Source of the DNA: Balanoglossus misakiensis
Taxonomy: Eukaryota > Animalia > Hemichordata
Assembly: GCA_040954595.2 (NCBI GenBank)
Contig: CM082579.2
Span: 14,199,834 to 14,263,833, forward strand
DNA length: 64,000 nucleotides
Reading direction: 5' to 3'
The notes below the pieces were generated by a model, which saw only the letters and a list, made by a program, of their open reading frames with translations, was not told the DNA's origin and searched no databases. A program made the translations under genes and the position numbers. Below are positions 50,101-64,000 of this stretch, piece after piece (positions within the stretch are counted from its first letter, which is position 1; the number at the start of each line of letters is the position of its first letter).

Positions 50101-53100
50101 TGAGTAGATGGTGATGCAAGCTAAGCATTTTGATATAGGTACTAAATGTATATACATGGGTATTTACAGTTGTCTGTAAATCCCCAGGTTAATACTTGGC
50201 AAAAAGCAATTTTATTTGACATTGCTAATGAAATGGTGACACTGAATCTGATTCTTTGCATCAGGGTAAATGGCGATGCAAGCTTGATGATGCATCCCGG
50301 TAGATAGTGATGCAAACACTTCACTGTGACATGGGTATTAAATGCATATGGGGATTAAAAGTTGACTGAAAATCCCTGGGTTAATACAAGTCCAAAAGCA
50401 CTGAAATTTGACATAGCTAATACAATGGTGACATTGAATGTGATTCTTTGCATTAGGGGAAATGGCGTAGCAAGCCTAATGATGCATCAGTGTAGATGGT
50501 GATCCAAGCTATGCTTTTTGACATAGGTATTTAATGCATGTGCATGGGTATTTAATGTTGACTGTAAATCCCTGGGTTAATACAAATCCAAAAGCACTGT
50601 AATTTGACATTGCTAATACAACGGTGTCATTTAATCTGATTCTTTGCATCAGGGCAAATTGCGAAGCAAGCTTAATGATGCATCGGAGTATATGGTGATG
50701 CAAGCTATGCACTTTGACATACGTATTTAATGCATATGCATTGGTATTTAATGTTGACTGTAAATCCCCAGGTTAATACATGGCCAAAAGCACTGTAATT
50801 TGACATTGCTAATGCTACCGTGACACTAAATCTGATTCTTTGCATTAGGGTAAATTGTGAAGCAAGCTTGATGATGCATCAGGATAGATGGTGTTTTAAG
50901 CCCCTCACATTGACATTGGAATATAACGCATATGGGGATTTAAAGTTAATTGTAAATACCCAGGTTAATACATGGCCAAAAGCACTGTAATTTAAAATTG
51001 CTAATGCAATGGTGACATTGAATGTGATTCTTTGCATTAGGGGAACTGGCGTAGCAATCCTAATAGTGCATCAGAGTAGATGGTGATGCAAGCTCTGCAC
51101 TTTGACATAGGTATTTAATGCATATGCATGTGTATTTAATGTTGACTATAAATCCTCAGGTGAATACATGGCCATAAACACTATAATTTGACATTGCTAA
51201 TGAAATGGTGACACTGAATCTGATTCTTTGCATCAGGGCATATTGTGAAGCATGCTTGATGATGCATTAGGGTCAATAGTGATGGAAACACTGCACTATG
51301 ACATGGGTATTTAATGCATACGCATTGATATTTACAGTTGACTCTAAATCCCGAGGTTTATACATGGCAAAAAGCGCTGTAATTTAAAATTACTAATGCA
51401 AAGGTTACATTGAATATGGGTAAATGGTGAAGCAAGCTTGAAGATGCATCAGGGTAGCTGGTGTTTCAAGCCCTTCACATTGACATTGGAATATAATGCA
51501 TATGGGGATTTAAAATTGATTGTAAATCCCTAGGTTAATACATGGCCAAAAGCACTGTAATTTAAAATTGCTATTGCAATGGTGACATTGAATGTGATTC
51601 TTTGCATCAGGGCATATTGTGAAGCATGCTTGATGATGCATTAGGGTCAATAGTGATGGAAACACTGCACTATGACATGGGTATTTAATGCATACGCATT
51701 GATATTTACAGTTGACTCTTAATCCCGAGGTTAATACATGGCTAAAAGCGCTGTAATTTAAAATTACTAATGCAAAGGTTACATTAAATATGGGTAAATG
51801 GTGAAGCAAGCTTGAAGATGCATCAGGGTAGATGGTGTTTCAAGCCCTTCACATTGACTTGGAATATAATGCATATGGGGATTTAAAATTGATTGTAAAT
51901 CCCTAGGTTAATACGTGGCCAAAAGCAATTTTATTTGACATTGCTAATGCAACGATGACATTGAATCCGATTCTTTGCATCAGGGTAAATGGCGATGCAA
52001 GCTTGATGATGCATCATGGTAGATAGTGATGCAAACACTTCACTTTGACATGGGCATTAAATGCATATGGGGATTTCAAGTTGATTACAAATCCCTGGAT
52101 TAATATGCGTCCAAAAGCACTGTAATTTGACATTGCTAATGCGATGTTGACATTGAATGTAATTCTCCGCATTAGGGCAAATGGCAAAGCAAGCTTAATG
52201 ATGCAATGGAGTAGACGGTGATGCAAGCTATGCATTTTGACATAGGTATTTAATGCATGTGCATGGGTATTTAATGTTGAATGTAAATTCCCAGGTTAAT
52301 ACATCTCCAAAAGCACTGTAATTTAAAATTGCTAATGTAAGGGTGACATTGAATCTGATTCTTTGCATTATGGGAAATGGCCTAACAAGCCTAATGATCC
52401 ATCTGAGTAGATGGTGATGCAAGCTAAGCATTTTGACATAGGTACTAAATGTATATACATGGGTATTTAAAGTTGTCTGTAAATCCCCAGGTTAATACAT
52501 GGCCATAAGCTCTATAATTTGACATTGCTAATGAAATGGTGACACTGAATCTGATTCTTTGCATCAGGGCATATTGTGAAGCATGCTTGATGATGTATTA
52601 GTGTCAACAGTGATGGAAACACTGCACTATGACATGGGTATTTAATGCATATGCATTGATATTTACAGTTGACTCTAAATCCCGAGGTTAATACATGGCT
52701 AAAAGCGCTGTAATTTAAAATTACTAATGCAAAGGTTACATTAAATATGGGTAAATGGTGAAGCAAGCTTGAAGATGCATCAGGGTAGATGGTGTTTCAA
52801 GCCCTTCACATTGACTTGGAATATAATGCATATGGGGATTTAAAATTGATTGTAAATCCCTAGGTTAATACGTGGCCAAAAGCAATTTTATTTGACATTG
52901 CTAATGCAACGATGACATTGAATCCGATTCTTTGCATCAGGGTAAATGGCGATGCAAGCTTGATGATGCATCATGGTAGATAGTGATGCAAACACTTCAC
53001 TTTGACATGGGCATTAAATGCATATGGGGATTTCAAGTTGATTACAAATCTCTGGATTAATACGCGTCCAAAAGCACTGTAATTTGACATTGCTAATGCG

Positions 53101-56100
53101 ATGTTGACATTGAATGTAATTCTCCGCATTAGGGCAAATGGCAAAGCAAGCTTAATGATGCAATGGAGTAGACGGTGATGCAAGCTATGCATTTTGACAT
53201 AGGTATTTAATGCATGTGCATGGGTATTTAATGTTGAATGTAAATTCCCAGGTTAATACATCTCCAAAAGCACTGTAATTTAAAATTGCTAATGTAAGGG
53301 TGACATTGAATCTGATTCTTTGCATTATGGGAAATGGCCTAATAAGCCTAATGATCCATCTGAGTAGATGGTGATGCAAGCTAAGCATTTTGACATAGGT
53401 ACTAAATGTATATACATGGGTATTTAAAGTTGTCTGTAAATCCCCAGGTTAATACATGGCCATAAGCTCTATAATTTGACATTGCTAATGAAATGGTGAC
53501 ACTGAATCTGATTCTTTGCATCAGGGCATATTGTGAAGCATGCTTGATGATGTATTAGTGTCAACAGTGATGGAAACACTGCACTATGACATGGGTATTT
53601 AAAGCATATGCATTGATATTTACAGTTGACTCTAAATCCCGAGGTTAATACATGGCTAAAAGCGCTGTAATTTAAAATTACTAATGCAAAGGTTACATTA
53701 AATATGGGTAAATGGTGAAGCAAGCTTGAAGATGCATCAGGGTAGATGGTGTTTCAAGCCCTTCACATTGACTTGGAATATAATGCATATGGGGATTTAA
53801 AATTGATTGTAAATCCCTAGGTTAATACGTGGCCAAAAGCAATTTTATTTGACATTGCTAATGCAACGATGACATTGAATCCGATTCTTTGCATCAGGGT
53901 AAATGGCGATGCAAGCTTGATGATGCATCATGGTAGATAGTGATGCAAACACTTCACTTTGACATGGGCATTAAATGCATATGGGGATTTCAAGTTGATT
54001 ACAAATCCCTGGATTAATATGCGTCCAAAAGCACTGTAATTTGACATTGCTAATGCGATGTTGACATTGAATGTAATTCTCCGCATTAGGGCAAATGGCA
54101 AAGCAAGCTTAATGATGCAATGGAGTAGACGGTGATGCAAGCTATGCATTTTGACATAGGTATTTAATGCATGTGCATGGGTATTTAATGTTGAATGTAA
54201 ATTCCCAGGTTAATACATCTCCAAAAGCACTGTAATTTAAAATTGCTAATGTAAGGGTGACATTGAATCTGATTCTTTGCATTATGGGAAATGGCCTAAC
54301 AAGCCTAATGATCCATCTGAGTAGATGGTGATGCAAGCTAAGCATTTTGACATAGGTACTAAATGTATATACATGGGTATTTAAAGTTGTCTGTAAATCC
54401 CCAGGTTAATACATGGCCATAAGCTCTATAATTTGACATTGCTAATGAAATGGTGACACTGAATCTGATTCTTTGCATCAGGGCATATTGTGAAGCATGC
54501 TTGATGATGTATTAGTGTCAACAGTGATGGAAACACTGCACTATGACATGGGTATTTAACGCATATGCATTGATATTTACAGTTGACTCTAAATCCCGAG
54601 GTTAATACATGGCTAAAAGCGCTGTAATTTAAAATTACTAATGCAAAGGTTACATTAAATATGGGTAAATGGTGAAGCAAGCTTGAAGATGCATCAGGGT
54701 AGATGGTGTTTCAAGCCCTTCACATTGACTTGGAATATAATGCATATGGGGATTTAAAATTGATTGTAAATCCCTAGGTTAATACGTGGCCAAAAGCAAT
54801 TTTATTTGACATTGCTAATGCAACGATGACATTGAATCCGATTCTTTGCATCAGGGTAAATGGCGATGCAAGCTTGATGATGCATCATGGTAGATAGTGA
54901 TGCAAACACTTCACTTTGACATGGGCATTAAATGCATATGGGGATTTCAAGTTGATTACAAATCCCTGGATTAATACGCGTCCAAAAGCACTGTAATTTG
55001 ACATTGCTAATGCGATGTTGACATTGAATGTAATTCTCCGCATTAGGGCAAATGGCAAAGCAAGCTTAATGATGCAATGGAGTAGACGGTGATGCAAGCT
55101 ATGCATTTTGACATAGGTATTTAATGCATGTGCATGGGTATTTAATGTTGAATGTAAATTCCCAGGTTAATACATCTCCAAAAGCACTGTAATTTAAAAT
55201 TGCTAATGTAAGGGTGACATTGAATCTGATTCTTTGCATTATGGGAAATGGCCTAACAAGCCTAATGATCCATCTGAGTAGATGGTGATGCAAGCTAAGC
55301 ATTTTGACATAGGTACTAAATGTATATACATGGGTATTTAAAGTTGTCTGTAAATCCCCAGGTTAATACATGGCCATAAGCTCTATAATTTGACATTGCT
55401 AATGAAATGGTGACACTGAATCTGATTCTTTGCATCAGGGCATATTGTGAAGCATGCTTGATGATGTATTAGTGTCAACAGTGATGGAAACACTGCACTA
55501 TGACATGGGTATTTAATGCATATGCATTGATATTTACAGTTGACTCTAAATCCCGAGGTTAATACATGGCTAAAAGCGCTGTAATTTAAAATTACTAATG
55601 CAAAGGTTACATTAAATATGGGTAAATGGTGAAGCAAGCTTGAAGATGCATCAGGGTAGATGGTGTTTCAAGCCCTTCACATTGACTTGGAATATAATGC
55701 ATATGGGGATTTAAAATTGATTGTAAATCCCTAGGTTAATACGTGGCCAAAAGCAATTTTATTTGACATTGCTAATGCAACGATGACATTGAATCCGATT
55801 CTTTGCATCAGGGTAAATGGCGATGCAAGCTTGATGATGCATCATGGTAGATAGTGATGCAAACACTTCACTTTGACATGGGCATTAAATGCATATGGGG
55901 ATTTCAAGTTGATTACAAATCCCTGGATTAATATGCGTCCAAAAGCACTGTAATTTGACATTGCTAATGCGATGTTGACATTGAATGTAATTCTCCGCAT
56001 TAGGGCAAATGGCAAAGCAAGCTTAATGATGCAATGGAGTAGACGGTGATGCAAGCTATGCATTTTGACATAGGTATTTAATGCATGTGCATGGGTATTT

Positions 56101-59100
56101 AATGTTGAATGTAAATTCCCAGGTTAATACATCTCCAAAAGCACTGTAATTTAAAATTGCTAATGTAAGGGTGACATTGAATCTGATTCTTTGCATTATG
56201 GGAAATGGCCTAACAAGCCTAATGATCCATCTGAGTAGATGGTGATGCAAGCTAAGCATTTTGACATAGGTACTAAATGTATATACATGGGTATTTAAAG
56301 TTGTCTGTAAATCCCCAGGTTAATACATGGCCATAAGCTCTATAATTTGACATTGCTAATGAAATGGTGACACTGAATCTGATTCTTTGCATCAGGGCAT
56401 ATTGTGAAGCATGCTTGATGATGTATTAGTGTCAACAGTGATGGAAACACTGCACTATGACATGGGTATTTAATGCATATGCATTGATATTTACAGTTGA
56501 CTCTAAATCCCGAGGTTAATACATGGCTAAAAGCGCTGTAATTTAAAATTACTAATGCAAAGGTTACATTAAATATGGGTAAATGGTGAAGCAAGCTTGA
56601 AGATGCATCAGGGTAGATGGTGTTTCAAGCCCTTCACATTGACTTGGAATATAATGCATATGGGGATTTAAAATTGATTGTAAATCCCTAGGTTAATACG
56701 TGGCCAAAAGCAATTTTATTTGACATTGCTAATGCAACGATGACATTGAATCCGATTCTTTGCATCAGGGTAAATGGCGATGCAAGCTTGATGATGCATC
56801 ATGGTAGATAGTGATGCAAACACTTCACTTTGACATGGGCATTAAATGCATATGGGGATTTCAAGTTGATTACAAATCCCTGGATTAATACGCGTCCAAA
56901 AGCACTGTAATTTGACATTGCTAATGCGATGTTGACATTGAATGTAATTCTCCGCATTAGGGCAAATGGCAAAGCAAGCTTAATGATGCAATGGAGTAGA
57001 CGGTGATGCAAGCTATGCATTTTGACATAGGTATTTAATGCATGTGCATGGGTATTTAATGTTGAATGTAAATTCCCAGGTTAATACATCTCCAAAAGCA
57101 CTGTAATTTAAAATTGCTAATGTAAGGGTGACATTGAATCTGATTCTTTGCATTATGGGAAATGGCCTAACAAGCCTAATGATCCATCTGAGTAGATGGT
57201 GATGCAAGCTAAGCATTTTGACATAGGTACTAAATGTATATACATGGGTATTTAAAGTTGTCTGTAAATCCCCAGGTTAATACATGGCCATAAGCTCTAT
57301 AATTTGACATTGCTAATGAAATGGTGACACTGAATCTGATTCTTTGCATCAGGGCATATTGTGAAGCATGCTTGATGATGTATTAGTGTCAACAGTGATG
57401 GAAACACTGCACTATGACATGGGTATTTAATGCATATGCATTGATATTTACAGTTGACTCTAAATCCCGAGGTTAATACATGGCTAAAAGCGCTGTAATT
57501 TAAAATTACTAATGCAAAGGTTACATTAAATATGGGTAAATGGTGAAGCAAGCTTGAAGATGCATCAGGGTAGATGGTGTTTCAAGCCCTTCACATTGAC
57601 TTGGAATATAATGCATATGGGGATTTAAAATTGATTGTAAATCCCTAGGTTAATACGTGGCCAAAAGCAATTTTATTTGACATTGCTAATGCAACGATGA
57701 CATTGAATCCGATTCTTTGCATCAGGGTAAATGGCGATGCAAGCTTGATGATGCATCATGGTAGATAGTGATGCAAACACTTCACTTTGACATGGGCATT
57801 AAATGCATATGGGGATTTCAAGTTGATTACAAATCCCTGGATTAATACGCGTCCAAAAGCACTGTAATTTGACATTGCTAATGCGATGTTGACATTGAAT
57901 GTAATTCTCCGCATTAGGGCAAATGGCAAAGCAAGCTTAATGATGCAATGGAGTAGACGGTGATGCAAGCTATGCATTTTGACATAGGTATTTAATGCAT
58001 GTGCTTGGGTATTTAATGTTGAATGTAAATTCCCAGGTTAATACATCTCCAAAAGCACTGTAATTTAAAATTGCTAATGTAAGGGTGACATTGAATCTGA
58101 TTCTTTGCATTATGGGAAATGGCATAGCAAGCCTAATGATCCATCTGAGTAGATGGTGATGCAAGCTAAGCATTTTGATATAGTTACTAAATGTATATAC
58201 ATGGGTATTTAAAGTTGTCTGTAAATCCCCAGGTTAATTCTTGGCAAAAAGCAATTTTATTTTACATTGCTAATGAAATGGTGACACTGAATCTGATTCT
58301 TTGCATCAGGGTAAATGGCGATGCAAGCTTGATGATGCATCCCGGTAGATAGTGATGCAAACACTTCACTGTGACATGGGTATTAAATGCATATGGGGAT
58401 TAAAAGTTGATTACAAATCCCTGGATTAATACGCGTCCAAAAGCACTGTAATTTGACATTGCTAATGCGATGTTGACATTGAATGTAATTCTCCGCATTA
58501 GGGCAAATGGCAAAGCAAGCTTAATGATGCATCATGGTAGATAGTGATGCAAACACTTCACTTTGACATGGGCATTAAATGCATATGGGGATTTCAAGTT
58601 GATTACAAATCCCTGGATTAATACGCGTCCAAAAGCACTGTAATTTGACATTGCTAATGCGATGTTGACATTGAATGTAATTCTCCGCATTAGGGCAAAT
58701 GGCAAAGCAAGCTTAATGATGCATCATGGTAGATAGTGATGCAAACACTTCACTTTGACATGGGCATTAAATGCATATGGGGATTTCAAGTTGATTACAA
58801 ATCCCTGGATTAATACGCGTCCAAAAGCACTGTAATTTGACATTGCTAATGCGATGTTGACATTGAATGTAATTCTCCGCATTAGGGCAAATGGCAAAGC
58901 AAGCTTAATGATGCAATGGAGTAGACGGTGATGCAAGCTATGCATTTTGACATAGGTATTTAATGCATGTGCATGGGTATTTAATGTTGAATGTAAATTC
59001 CCAGGTTAATACATCTCCAAAAGCACTGTAATTTAAAATTGCTAATGTAAGGGTGACATTGAATCTGATTCTTTGCATTATGGGAAATGGCCTAACAAGC

Positions 59101-60746
59101 CTAATGATCCATCTGAGTAGATGGTGATGCAAGCTAAGCATTTTGACATAGGTACTAAATGTATATACATGGGTATTTAAAGTTGTCTGTAAATCCCCAG
59201 GTTAATACATGGCCATAAGCTCTATAATTTGACATTGCTAATGAAATGGTGACACTGAATCTGATTCTTTGCATCAGGGCATATTGTGAAGCATGCTTGA
59301 TGATGTATTAGTGTCAACAGTGATGGAAACACTGCACTATGACATGGGTATTTAATGCATATGCATTGATATTTACAGTTGACTCTAAATCCCGAGGTTA
59401 ATACATGGCTAAAAGCGCTGTAATTTAAAATTACTAATGCAAAGGTTACATTAAATATGGGTAAATGGTGAAGCAAGCTTGAAGATGCATCAGGGTAGAT
59501 GGTGTTTCAAGCCCTTCACATTGACTTGGAATATAATGCATATGGGGATTTAAAATTGATTGTAAATCCCTAGGTTAATACGTGGCCAAAAGCAATTTTA
59601 TTTGACATTGCTAATGCAACGATGACATTGAATCCGATTCTTTGCATCAGGGTAAATGGCGATGCAAGCTTGATGATGCATCATGGTAGATAGTGATGCA
59701 AACACTTCACTTTGACATGGGCATTAAATGCATATGGGGATTTCAAGTTGATTACAAATCCCTGGATTAATACGCGTCCAAAAGCACTGTAATTTGACAT
59801 TGCTAATGCGATGTTGACATTGAATGTAATTCTCCGCATTAGGGCAAATGGCAAAGCAAGCTTAATGATGCAATGGAGTAGACGGTGATGCAAGCTATGC
59901 ATTTTGACATAGGTATTTAATGCATGTGCTTGGGTATTTAATGTTGAATGTAAATTCCCAGGTTAATACATCTCCAAAAGCACTGTAATTTAAAATTGCT
60001 AATGTAAGGGTGACATTGAATCTGATTCTTTGCATTATGGGAAATGGCATAGCAAGCCTAATGATCCATCTGAGTAGATGGTGATGCAAGCTAAGCATTT
60101 TGATATAGTTACTAAATGTATATACATGGGTATTTAAAGTTGTCTGTAAATCCCCAGGTTAATTCTTGGCAAAAAGCAATTTTATTTTACATTGCTAATG
60201 AAATGGTGACACTGAATCTGATTCTTTGCATCAGGGTAAATGGCGATGCAAGCTTGATGATGCATCCCGGTAGATAGTGATGCAAACACTTCACTGTGAC
60301 ATGGGTATTAAATGCATATGGGGATTAAAAGTTGACTGAAAATCCCTGGGTTAATACAAGTCCAAAAGCACTGAAATTTGACATAGCTAATACAATGGTG
60401 ACATTGAATGTGATTCTTTGCATTAGGGGAAATGGCGTAGCAAGCCTAATGATGCATCAGTGTAGATGGTGATCCAAGCTCTGCGCTTTGGCATACGTAT
60501 TTAATGCATGTGCATGGGTATTTAATGTTGAATGTAAATTCCCAGGTTAATATATGCATGGGTATTTAATGTTGACTGTAAATCCCTAGGTTAATACATG
60601 GCCATAAGTACTGTAAGGGGTAGATGGTGATGCAAGCTCTGCACTTTGACATGGGGATTAAATGCATGCTGAGGGGGATTTTAAGTTGTCTGTAAATCCC
60701 CAGGTTGATATGTGGCCAAAAGCACTGTAATTTGACATTGCTAATG
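41110..60746. repeat. 19.6-kb satellite array, 192-196-bp monomers (plus a ~178-bp deletion variant), ~100 copies, layered HORs
   Basis: The gttaa...ccaaaagca landmark occurs at 41171, 41367, 41559, 41755 and onward. Recurrent spurious ORFs are spaced 1332, 2888 and 957 bp apart. Confidence 0.97.
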
Positions 60747-60884
60747 ATGGTGAGCTGTACTCCCCAGGGAGTTGAATGGAATGTTTAGGTCCAACGACCT
60801 AGGTCAAATGACCATGGGACAACTTTAAAGCATGTTGAGATTTAATGTGCTACATAAGTTATAAATATTATATTAATATTATTA
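60747..60884 (+). mobile_element. 3' portion of a SINE with L2-like tail
   Basis: gagctgtactccccagggagttga ... taaagcatgttgaga ... gtgctacataag followed by a (TAT)n-like tail. This architecture resembles L2-mobilised SINE ends. Confidence 0.45.
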
Positions 60885-61569
60885 CATAAACAACACTCTT
60901 ACCTAGCTAAGGAAGTGGTCAGGTGAAAAATATTTGCAGAGCTGACCAATTATTTAAGGAATATTAAAGTTGGGTAATTTGGACGTATTCATACGGGTGT
61001 TGGTCAATGGAAAGTCCTTTGTTCATTTTCAAAATGGCAACCAAAAATGCGAACAAAACACACTGAATTATGTACGGGATATTGGTGTTGCCTAATTTGC
61101 GGGTTTCCACATTTACTTAAACTCTCACAGGGAGACAAATGTCACAGCAAACGGAAAAATGACTATGCTACACACAACACTTTTATTGATCATGGAAAAT
61201 GTTCATGAGAATTGTGTTATGGTACTTTTCGGGGCTCACGACCTGTGTTATAGGAAATCTGACAAGGAATCCAAACTGTACCACATACACAACACTTTAA
61301 TTAAGCATGGGAAATGGTCCTGAGAACAATATTCTCAGAGTTGACAAACTGTGTTATCTGCGTTATATTGATGTTGTCTAATTTACACGCCTGTACATTT
61401 ATTTATACTCTGACTTTGAGCTTAATAAGGCAGCGCCTGCTAAGGTCAATTTGCCACGTACACTTTTAATTAGCATAGATAATGATCATGATAACTTCAT
61501 TTTCAGAGCTGACAAACTGTGTTATGTGAAATTCATGTTGCCTATTTCATGATAATGGCTTGTGGTACA

Positions 61570-62188
61570 CAATGGTTAACAGCAATCAGCAATTGCTTGT
61601 ATGATAGGTATAATGATCGATTTACAAATTTCAATGGTATAATAATGGGCAACACATGTGGAAGTGTTTAATAAACAGTTAACTGATGTGGTGATGGTTT
61701 GTGGTAAAATTGAGGGTACACAGATTATAATGGGCAAAACAATGAATATAATAGAGGTTGATGATGGTGAATGGTTTCATATGAATGGTGTAATAAAGGT
61801 TAACAAATGTGGTGATAGCTTTGGTGTACAGGGCTGTTCATATCTTTAGTAATGACAAAGGTATAATAGTGATAAAAGCTTAAATAAGTGTTAGGGCACA
61901 ATCTTCATGATGGTTCATTCATTGGTTAATGTGTATATTTTATTAATATCATGCTATTGTTTATCAGTTAGATCATAATCAGGGTTTTTCCATGCACATA
62001 GTCATCATGAATCAGCGGAATTCTTCTGAATAGTACCTGTGATCATTTTTGCGCACCGACGCATTGTACGCGACAGACATGCAGAAAATATTAACATGTA
62101 ACTCACAGGCATAGTGTTAAATCTAAACGACTATATGTTAGATAAGCTTTACCTCCCCACCCCATCAAAATTCCAAATTTAGCTTGAT
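61570..62188 (+). repeat. Right copy of the diverged direct repeat
   Basis: Shares aaaggtataata.tgataaa, tggttcattcattggttaatgtg, the 28-mer core and acctccccaccccatc.aaattccaaatttagctt with 39570-40397. Confidence 0.8.
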
Positions 62189-62699
62189 GTGACGTTTTCG
62201 GGTAGTACCAATTCGGAAACTTTCATGGTTCATTCATTGAACCAAATATTGGATTTGACACACTGTGTCTTGGGTGGGTAAAGCATGGTGAAATGTTGGC
62301 AGTAAACTTTAACCAGACAGGTCACATGAAAGGAAGATTTTATCATTTGAGTTCGATGGCATACATGATAAGATATGTCAGTTCTGACACCTTTTTTGCA
62401 GACGTAGATGCTGATGTATTTTTTCCATTGGACACAATACTCAAAGTCCAGTCTGTGTTTAAAATGATACCCTGGTCACACACAGTGAGAAATGTCAGCC
62501 TTTGACTTAATTATCTAATTTATGCATTGTTAACAATGCACTGTGACATTTACTGCATGTATTTTTCCCCCTGTGGAAACTTACTATGCTTTGAATACAT
62601 GTTCCCCAATGGGGTGTTAAAGGATACAGTAGGATCTGTTTCGGTAGCAAATATGACACTGTTTTCAACATATTTGACTGGTGGCAATATGTGGTTTTA

Positions 62700-63205
62700 C
62701 GTTGGTATCCATCATGTAACTCAGATCACCTATATGAAGCTCCATAGTAAATTTCACAGAAGTCGGCTGATCAATTCCAGAAAAGTAGATTTTTTACCAA
62801 AAATGTGGAAAAAGACAAAAAAATGCATAACAAGTAGAAAATTCACACTATTAGCTTAAAACATACAGAAATGTGTGAGGCTAATATAAGGTACTATCAT
62901 ACCATTTTTTCAAATCAATATGACCAGGACTTGTCGAGTTTCTGAGTTTTGACCAAATTAAGGTTTTCCCAGCTAATTTGTATATATTTTTGGCAATGAC
63001 AACTTCGTTTGAACAAACTCCCATCTACAGCCTAGCATGCATCTACACACCAAATATTGAGGTTATTGGCGCAACGGTTTTCAAGTTTTTGATGTGTACG
63101 AACATTTATCCATCTATCCGTCCATATGTCCATACATACATACAGACGCAACCAAATCCATAAGGTCCCACTGTATATACCTATACAAATGGGACCAAAT
63201 AAAAC
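62700..63205 (-). mobile_element. HINE/DINE-like element (inverted relative of 8785-9646)
   Basis: Terminal hairpin GGTCCCA..TGGGACC (63164-63197), a (CATC/CATA) microsatellite at 63108-63145, and an A-rich flank. Confidence 0.6.
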
Positions 63206-63972
63206 ACACAAAAAATAACACTTAACATCTTACAGTGCAGGGCCTTGCTAGTTGATGTGGTACAATTCTATCATATCACTTCACAGCTGGTAGCCAAGGG
63301 CAGTGTTTGCACAGAGGAGCCTCCTGAATGTCTTCGCTCGTTCACACCTCTTCAGTGATAATGTCTGGATTACATTGACATGAAACTGTTTGTTCAGTAG
63401 TGTTTCAACTGCCAGCTACCTGGGTTCATTTTACACCCAAACACTGAAAATATTGCAGCAGTCAATAATATAACCTACACACTGTGTGAAATTCACCATG
63501 TTCTAAAGTAATGTTGATGTCTAATGTGCATTGTGACTTACAGGGCATGCACGGCTAAAGCTTGTCGAAAGTTGACAAAGCAAAAGACCAGACCAGTTGC
63601 CTGTTTTAAAATGTGCTTCATTCCAAGGACCTTGGCGATGAGTCATGAATTGGGAAACGTTCATGAGACCCATTTTTTTTCACTGGACCAGCACATTTAA
63701 TGATATGACCATGAAATTGAACTGTTCCCAGGAGCTACTGAGAGTTGCCTTGTTTCACCCCCAAGTTACTACCTGGGATTTTTACAATGACGACAGTAGT
63801 TCCAAAAAAAACGTTGTACTTTTATGAATAATCGATTAGGGTAGATTTATTCATGGTAGTAAAACTTTTTGGCCTGCAGTTGCCAAACAAAGACAATTAC
63901 AAGTAAGGGACTGGACGTAAACTACCAGGGGGAGCGCAGGGGAATTGACGAAAGCGATGGCCTCAAATTAAT

Positions 63973-64000
63973 GTCATAGTCCAGTGGTTAGAGCATCAGA
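63973..64000 (+). mobile_element. Possible tRNA-derived SINE/tRNA 5' start, cut by the window end
   Basis: TAGTCCAGTGGTTAGAGC resembles a Pol III A box/D-arm. No B box is visible in the window. Confidence 0.3.

Noticed and set aside
41195-60098. Dozens of recurring 60-99 aa ORFs as a tandem gene family
   Set aside because: They are by-products of the satellite period, with stops in many monomers, no splice or promoter structure and no recognisable domain.
63234-63443. Minus-strand 210-nt exon candidate (acceptor ~63444, donor ~63233)
   Set aside because: All three frames contain stops and no domain is recognisable.

Overview
AT-rich eukaryotic (animal, probably marine invertebrate; inference) genomic DNA dominated by repeats, with no intact host gene. 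0-14 kb: decayed L2 LINE fragments, several MITEs, a broken cbEGF exon, and two disabled glutamine-rich exons (frameshift plus premature stop) resembling the C-terminus of Mediator subunit MED25. 14.6-38.8 kb: a compound locus built from non-autonomous Helentron-type (HINE/DINE-like) elements. It holds a 139-bp minisatellite and a head-to-tail chain of about five degenerate HINE units. In one unit a single internal 116-bp segment has expanded into a 12.4-kb satellite (~109 copies) with higher-order repeats (HORs). A young 5'-truncated L1/Tx1-type LINE (intact 551-codon ORF2 tail, 10-bp TSD, double poly(A) tail) sits just upstream of that array, and a nest of three younger HINEs follows it; one of them still carries the satellite monomer as a single copy. 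41.1-60.7 kb: a second, unrelated 19.6-kb satellite (192-196-bp monomer) with layered 2-, 7-, 15- and 5-mer HORs, ended by a SINE tail and bracketed by a diverged 0.6-0.8-kb direct repeat. All family assignments come from motif recognition by eye, not from database searches.
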